From: Laetmonice hystrix
Lineage: Eukaryota
Direction of reading: 5' to 3'
DNA: 64,000 bases
Assembly: GCA_965235115.1 (NCBI GenBank)
Contig: OZ249440.1
Coordinates: 9,052,001 to 9,116,000 of the forward strand
A program made the position numbers and the translations under genes. Below, piece by piece: positions 61,205 to 64,000 of this stretch. The notes beneath the pieces are model-generated. The model was not told the DNA's origin, ran no database searches, and saw only the letters and a list, made by a program, of their open reading frames with translations. The first letter of the stretch is position 1; each line of letters begins with the position of its first letter.

Positions 61205-63627
61205 ATTGCATATTAAAATTAGCCTTCACCATGACCCAGATGGACAACCATTGTACACGTGAAACCCTCTTTCAACTGCTCCCAAATGACCCAGGTAGCC
61301 CAGATGACTGGACGGCCCAGGTGGATCACCTCGCCTACTCATGCCTCAGTCTGTGTAGCAGTACCCATTTGGAATGAAACACGACACACCTGTCTTCTGT
61401 TTTTGTTCCCCCCCGGCGTATGGCCAAACCTCCCGTGGGCAAGTTTCCTCAATGCGGCACTGCAAACACTGAAAGTGCCAGGTCCTGTTTTAGTTAAAAC
61501 TGCGGCCTGTGGCGATGGATGTCTGTTCACTTGAAGCCACTTTCAACACCAATCATTTTTTATGCAAAAATAGGTGAACACGAGTTGGCCAACGGGGTAC
61601 ATTAATTCCACTGCAACCCCCACATGTTTTTGGAGGGAGGGGGGGGGGGGGGGTGGAGTGGAGGGAGAGAACGCAGAGCTGTGAGAACGCATTTGGCGCC
61701 AACTTGCCATTTTGGTGGTATTGACGTCATGTGGATTTGTTTTACGTTCCAAGTGCTAACATTGGATGCCAACGATATTACCATAAAGAAGGAAAGATGA
61801 TTAGGCTAAGCATTTCACACTTGAAGAACTCTGATTTTCAAGAAGGCATCATCTTCATAATGCGGTGTCAAAACTGCGCCGAGCAGAAATTTATTAAATG
61901 GGGAATCATGTGTATGGGAATTAGCATGTTATCCAAAATACCCCTAATTAATGCAAAATTAAGTATTTAAAATCAAATTATGTAACTTCTTTTGGTCTCC
62001 AGGCACCAATTAGGAGACGTTTCTTCACATTAAGGAGTAGGGAATCATAGAGGGTTGTAATGAAGCAGCGACCTCTTCGTTTTGTGTGGATTCTTAGAAA
62101 GACTTGGAACAGCAACCAGTGAGTTTGGCTGCGAAGGGAAACGCAGTATTCCGTTAACTCTGAACTTTCTGTTACTTTTGGAACTACATGTATGTGATAT
62201 ATACTCCTGCCATTTCATGGCTGGGTCAGTTTTGAGAAGATCGTAATGTTTATAGAGTGAGGTATGTTAGCGGGTCCGCGGTTGGTGGGGGGGGGGGGGG
62301 GCTTTGTCAGATGGTGTTCATAGCGGGGAGGGGGCGGGGTAGGATTCTGAAGGGGTTTCCACATTGGATTATCCCTCTTGACACTTTATGTTGCCCCTTT
62401 TCCAAAACTAGAAATCAAGTATTAACAATAGATCGTCTTATAGATTCCGAATGTTAACCATGGTTGGCCCATAATTCAGAATTCACCATGAAACATGGCA
62501 GTGATCATGTTTACCATGTAATATGTCATGATTAATGTGCTGTACCTAAACAGACTGTTCAGTTCAGTTGGAATAATTTCTTTGAATGAACTGAAAAAGT
62601 ATTGAGAATATTTGAGGTTGTAATTGTGAGGGAGAAGGGGTGATGTTCTGGGAGAGGTCCTAATCTAATGTACTGATTGTTTCTGCTAGTCTTACAATGC
62701 CTCATTGACCTCCTTTCACCGTTATAACCCCTATTATGCCTTGATTGACCTGATGATGTCTTATTAACCTGATTAACTTGGACTGACTTGATTAACCCCT
62801 GACATGGCTTCATTAGACTCCCTCACACTTTGAACAACATTGGAGCGGGGCTCCTAGTATTATGTAGTAAAACATTTTCATTTTTCTTCAATACTACAGT
62901 AATCTCCCCATTAAAAGATGAAATGAATACAGGCAATTCATTCGGGATATTCTCAGCCCTGGCTATTAGCTTTAGTCCACCTAACTGGGTGATTGAGATG
63001 CACGAACTTTCATTAGCAAAACCAATGTTGTGAACAGAAAATACGAGAGCCCCAGCAGAGGTTCAACAAAGAAGTACTGGGAAGCTCTTTGCACAAATGT
63101 TTCGTGGGGGTTGGTGCTGGTCATGTTGTTAATTAACAAAGCACTGCTGCCCATTTCCATTCTTAACCGACAGTAACTTTATCCCTGTTCTCATTGTGAC
63201 CAGAGTGCGAACATTGATAGATGATAGGACGGTACCTGGCGTTTATTGCACACCCGACCATGGCTTGGATTGCGATTTGACCGACATTTAGACAATACAC
63301 CACTGTGGTTAATAAGCCAGGGCCACGGCCTACTTTACATCTCCCCGGTAACAAGAGGTGGCTAAGCCTGGAAGAACGTTTGTCGACTTGTAGAAGGCAG
63401 CAATGTTCTGCTATGGTGTGAAGATTGATGAAGCTATGTTGGCGGTGGGGTCTGATATAGGCTGGGCAGGCAGGTTAGAGTGGATACCTGCACCATCTAA
63501 TGGCGATCGCTACCATTGTGCTGGGGACAGGACTGTCAGTGGCGGGATCGTCTTCTCCGACGTATTGTGGCCATTTTAAAGGTCAGAGGGAATGGGGGAT
63601 GTGGTGGCATCCTCCTGGCCAGGGACT

Positions 63628-63686
63628 CGGCACCACCTGGCACCGTCCAGCACCACCCGGCACCACCCGGCACCGCCCGGCACCGC
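63628..63686. repeat. Degenerate 10-bp repeat (GGCACCACCC-like)
   Basis: ggcaccacct/ggcaccgtcc/agcaccaccc/ggcaccaccc/ggcaccgccc. Confidence 0.75.
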
Positions 63687-63743
63687 CCCGCCAAGTCGTG
63701 ACAGGTGGTGGTCACCACAGGGCGCGGGGTCAGGTGAGAAGGA

Positions 63744-64000
63744 CTCCTCACCTTGCGGTCACGGGTGTAATATCAGGTTGAGAGAGGCGGGGAGGGTAGA
63801 GCTGGGTAGATCAGACAGATCTCCTCACCTGGCGGTCACGGGTAGAGGTGTTGGTCTGATATCAGGTTGAGAGAGGCGGGGAGGGTAGAGCTGGGTAGAT
63901 CAGACAGATCTCCTCACCTGGCGGTCACGGGTAGAGGTGTTGGTCTGATATCAGGTTGAGAGAGGCGGGGAGGGTAGAGCTGGGTAGATCAGACAGATCT
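63744..64000. repeat. 89-bp minisatellite, truncated by the window end
   Basis: TCAGGTTGAGAGAGGCGGGG starts at 63773, 63862 and 63951. Confidence 0.95.

Noticed and set aside
1-64000. tRNA, rRNA, snRNA or SINE genes
   Set aside because: Isolated TTCGAATC strings (e.g. near 3466 and 46146) lack an A-box and cloverleaf context; no rRNA-like conserved sequence was recognised.

Overview
This is eukaryotic, metazoan-like genomic DNA. The basis is TA-flanked Tc1/mariner-type MITEs, micro- and minisatellites, and no bacterial-style gene-dense intact ORFs. I could not assign a taxon. I found no intact recognisable gene, no confident host exon, no tRNA or rRNA gene and no CRISPR array. Well-supported content: (i) about 19 mutually unrelated minisatellite arrays with 18-90 bp units, together about 11.3 kb or about 18% of the window, which explain most of the long ORFs in the track; (ii) a 24-codon CAG/CAA tract; (iii) four small inverted-repeat elements and one near-perfect hairpin; (iv) 29 poly-G/poly-C runs by my manual count. 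The most interesting signal is weaker and inferential. The unique DNA between repeats holds many intron-less, stop-interrupted reading frames. Collapsing four arrays to a single unit restores continuous 65-121 codon ORFs running through both unique flanks. Two distant segments are diverged homologues that share a peptide frame with synonymous-type differences. One reading is a fossilised gene-dense element (an endogenised large DNA virus or giant transposon) overgrown by MITEs, homopolymers and minisatellites that arose inside its genes. I recognised no hallmark viral or transposase protein, and judging protein-likeness by eye proved unreliable in places. This remains a hypothesis that needs translated profile searches.
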